DNA of 62,842 bases, counting the filler. It is 4 parts of 4 records of this genome, joined end to end, with 100 filler letters (N's around TTAATTAATTAA, not from the genome) between each part and the next. Parts side by side here need not be neighbours in the genome. Positions count along the whole stretch, not along the records: positions 54,842 to 62,842 come from SRR2962707_1558; 3 more parts are not named here. The stretch is one strand, 5' to 3'. A model generated the notes under the pieces. The model was not told the origin of the DNA, searched no databases, and saw only the letters and a list, made by a program, of their open reading frames with translations. The position numbers were made by a program, and so were the translations under genes. Positions 60,753-62,842 of the stretch are shown here, in pieces (position 1 is the stretch's first letter; every line of letters starts with the position of its first letter).

Positions 60753-62637
60753 TCAGTCTTTGTAACATAGTTTGTGATCTAATTCTCCTGACTTTTCACT
60801 GGTGAGGAAACGACGTTTGTTGTCGCTGTCATGGGAAGCGACATCGTGTGGTTTGCCATTTCCACCATACTTTCCTACTGCGGGATGCGGGATTGGTGGT
60901 CCAGTGGAAAGGACGATGTGGTGCCCAACCCAAAACTCCTTTTTTCGGGCTGCTTTCTGTTCGGCAGTCTGTACGGGACGCCGCGGTTTCTTGCGTCGCT
61001 GCACTGCAGCCTTTCCGTAGTAGCAATGGCCATCAGCCCAATAGTTGGAGTTATTCATGCTCGCGACCGTTCCACAACATGCCCTCAAGGCGTCTGCATG
61101 TGGGGTAGGAAAAGAGCCAGAGGGTGGGATGTGCACAGTGACTGAGTTGTTACCTATCCAGCGACTAAGCAGAGACGGCTGCAGACCTTGGATCATGCTC
61201 TGGTTGCAAGCACCAAGAGCAACGGCTGACATTTCTTGAGAATAGCCATTGACAACATCGCGCGGTCGCAAACTGTGGAACCTGGTCATGGGGACATTTT
61301 TCACGCGCATGTGCCCTGTTTGCCGGTATGCTTGTTGGGTGTTGTTGTGAGCAACTTGTTGCAGTATTCGCTTTGTGTAGCAAAGTCCAAAAAAGTGGGC
61401 TAGTCGCCCAAGCTCGGTCACAGTGTTAGCATGAAGATTCTCGTAAAAAGTTTGGTATCTGCACAAACAAAATCACAATGCGCACGTAAGGTCAGGCAGT
61501 CAAGGTATGGAAATCTCAATTCGTGTGAAAGCGGGCACGCACACTGGAAAAATGTGCCCAACAATGTTTTTGAGCCACTGATACCGAAACTGCGTCCATC
61601 CCACCGTTGCGTTTATTTGGGTGTACCTAAACACCACACCACGTTTGGTGAGGAGCTATCTGCACACGTTCGTCCATTTCACATCGCCTGTCAATCTTTT
61701 TACTCGTCATGCGCTGACCACAATGATTTGCAAAAGTTTGCTCGAAAACTTGGAGAGAAACTCACGCAAATTCGTCAGCAAGTGGTGTCCCAGACACCGC
61801 ATTCATTTGCCATGCAGTTCCAAATAGCGCTCTGCCCGGGAGAAAATTCGCAGCACTCATCACCACAGCGCGTGGGTCTCGAATGATGGAGTAAACGCCC
61901 ACCGGCGGCGAATCAATACTGTTGCGGAGGGTTTCATTAGGAAGGCAGGCTCCATGGGAATCGTCCTTTGAGTCCAAGTGTCTGCAGCTGTTCGTTCGGG
62001 TGCTGTTAATGACAAGTTCCATTTGCTGCTGTGCTGGGCCAAGTTCAAATGTATCTCGGATGATTTCCGGTGGAGGCGTGCATCGGTACTGCCGGCGGTC
62101 AATGCATGCTTGCAACCAGAAAGGCAAGGGCGAAAGAATAGGGGTTGTGTTGGGATGACCAGTGTCCGCTTGAGTTGCTATGAACGGGATAGTGTGCTTC
62201 TGGTGTGCGCTGGCTCTCACTTCCGACTTCTCGCCGGTTCGTGTGTCGCGCAGCAACAGCGCGAGATCGTTGCATTTCATGTCAACCAGGCTGGTGTTGC
62301 GGCTTACATTCGCAAACGGAACAACTCTGTCGCCGCACCAGAAGCTACAGGACAACCCTTCAACTGCAGAGTTGTACTCGCGGCAAATAGCGAACAGCGA
62401 GCTCTCAACGAGGAGCTGGAGCCACGTTGTACCGCTCTTTGGCTCGGCTGAGAGAACCATATGAATGGAAGGAGGTAACCGCGGCTGCCCACCAGCAAAA
62501 TATGGTGGGCAGTGCAGGCGGTGATCATTGTTTGCATTGATTTCGAGGTCACTCAGTGTGGCAACGACCGGCACAGCCAGAAGCAGGCACAAGCCAACTG
62601 CTGCAAGCGCTACTTTGTGACCCTGGATCCTTTGCAT
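60753..62637 (-). CDS. Eukaryotic secretory-pathway sulfotransferase-like protein (spliced)
   Basis: N-terminal signal/anchor, PKSGTTWL (5'-PSB loop), IRDPRAVVMS (3'-PB motif), later exon FYENL..NT..EL.RLAHFFG. Exon boundaries between about 61800 and 61460 only partly resolved. Confidence 0.75.
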
Positions 62638-62800
62638 GGATGCGCTCGTGGCAGCCGCGAGTCGGTGTTGTCGTCACGTCATAGGTGTGTCGAGTGGCTC
62701 GACCCGCAATGTCTGGCTCCAAATTTTGTTGTTACAATTTCTTCTGTGCCCTGTTTCAGCGGGCAGAGAGAGCTTCTTGAGCTTGGCGGAGGTCCGGAGC

Positions 62801-62842
62801 GAGAGAGAGAGAGCGTGAGTGCGTGAGTGAGTGAGTGAGTGA
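62801..62842 (+). repeat. (GA)n and (GAGT)n simple repeats at window end
   Basis: GAGAGAGAGAGAG...GTGAGTGAGTGAGTGAGTGA. Confidence 0.9.

Noticed and set aside
54705-62842. Foreign DNA after a half tRNA, suggesting island integration or bacterium-eukaryote HGT
   Set aside because: The tRNA is simply cut by the contig end. There is no integrase or att duplication, and a synthetic spacer intervenes.
1-62842. CRISPR array, IS/transposase, prophage or recognisable anti-phage defence genes
   Set aside because: No regularly spaced repeats and no matching protein motifs seen in any contig

Overview
This window is not one locus. It is four unrelated contigs joined by an artificial 100-bp spacer (N44-TTAATTAATTAA-N44 at 27843-27942, 42383-42482 and 54742-54841), so gene neighbourhoods must not be read across the spacers. 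(A) 1-27842 is core chromosome of a Hyphomicrobiales (Rhizobiales) alphaproteobacterium, Ahrensia-like by my judgement: bacA/sbmA, der, a SleB-type hydrolase, the F0 atp operon, rnhB, a LexA-boxed PA0069-family radical SAM gene, moaB, ispE, a TPR-LysM protein, ispB, purD, ubiA, sua5/tsaC and glyS. (B) 27943-42382 is a gammaproteobacterium, Marinomonas/Oceanospirillales-like: tesB, moaA-moaB-moeA, a LysR gene, serB, an AhpA/YtjB gene and the conserved eno-ftsB-ispD-ispF-truD-surE-pcm-DUF368-nlpD-rpoS block. (C) 42483-54741 is again Rhizobiales, possibly the same organism as A: partial gltB, ltaE, a complete bufferin-type RiPP metallophore cluster (DUF2282 precursor, DUF692 MNIO, DUF2063 partner, DoxX), ibpA with an RpoH promoter and ROSE-like thermometer, hisN, cpdR and a truncated tRNA-Val. 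(D) 54842-62842 is an intron-rich microbial eukaryote carrying a complete NEMF/Rqc2 gene (about 18 exons, one predicted GC-AG intron) and a convergent sulfotransferase gene. The most interesting items are the bufferin cluster (a known family, but here with a Met-rich precursor tail and no adjacent sigF/nrsF), a switch-like structured RNA candidate between the SOS radical SAM gene and rnhB, the TPR-LysM fusion and a degenerate cyclase domain in the AhpA/YtjB protein. All family and taxon calls come from motif recognition by eye; no database search was run.
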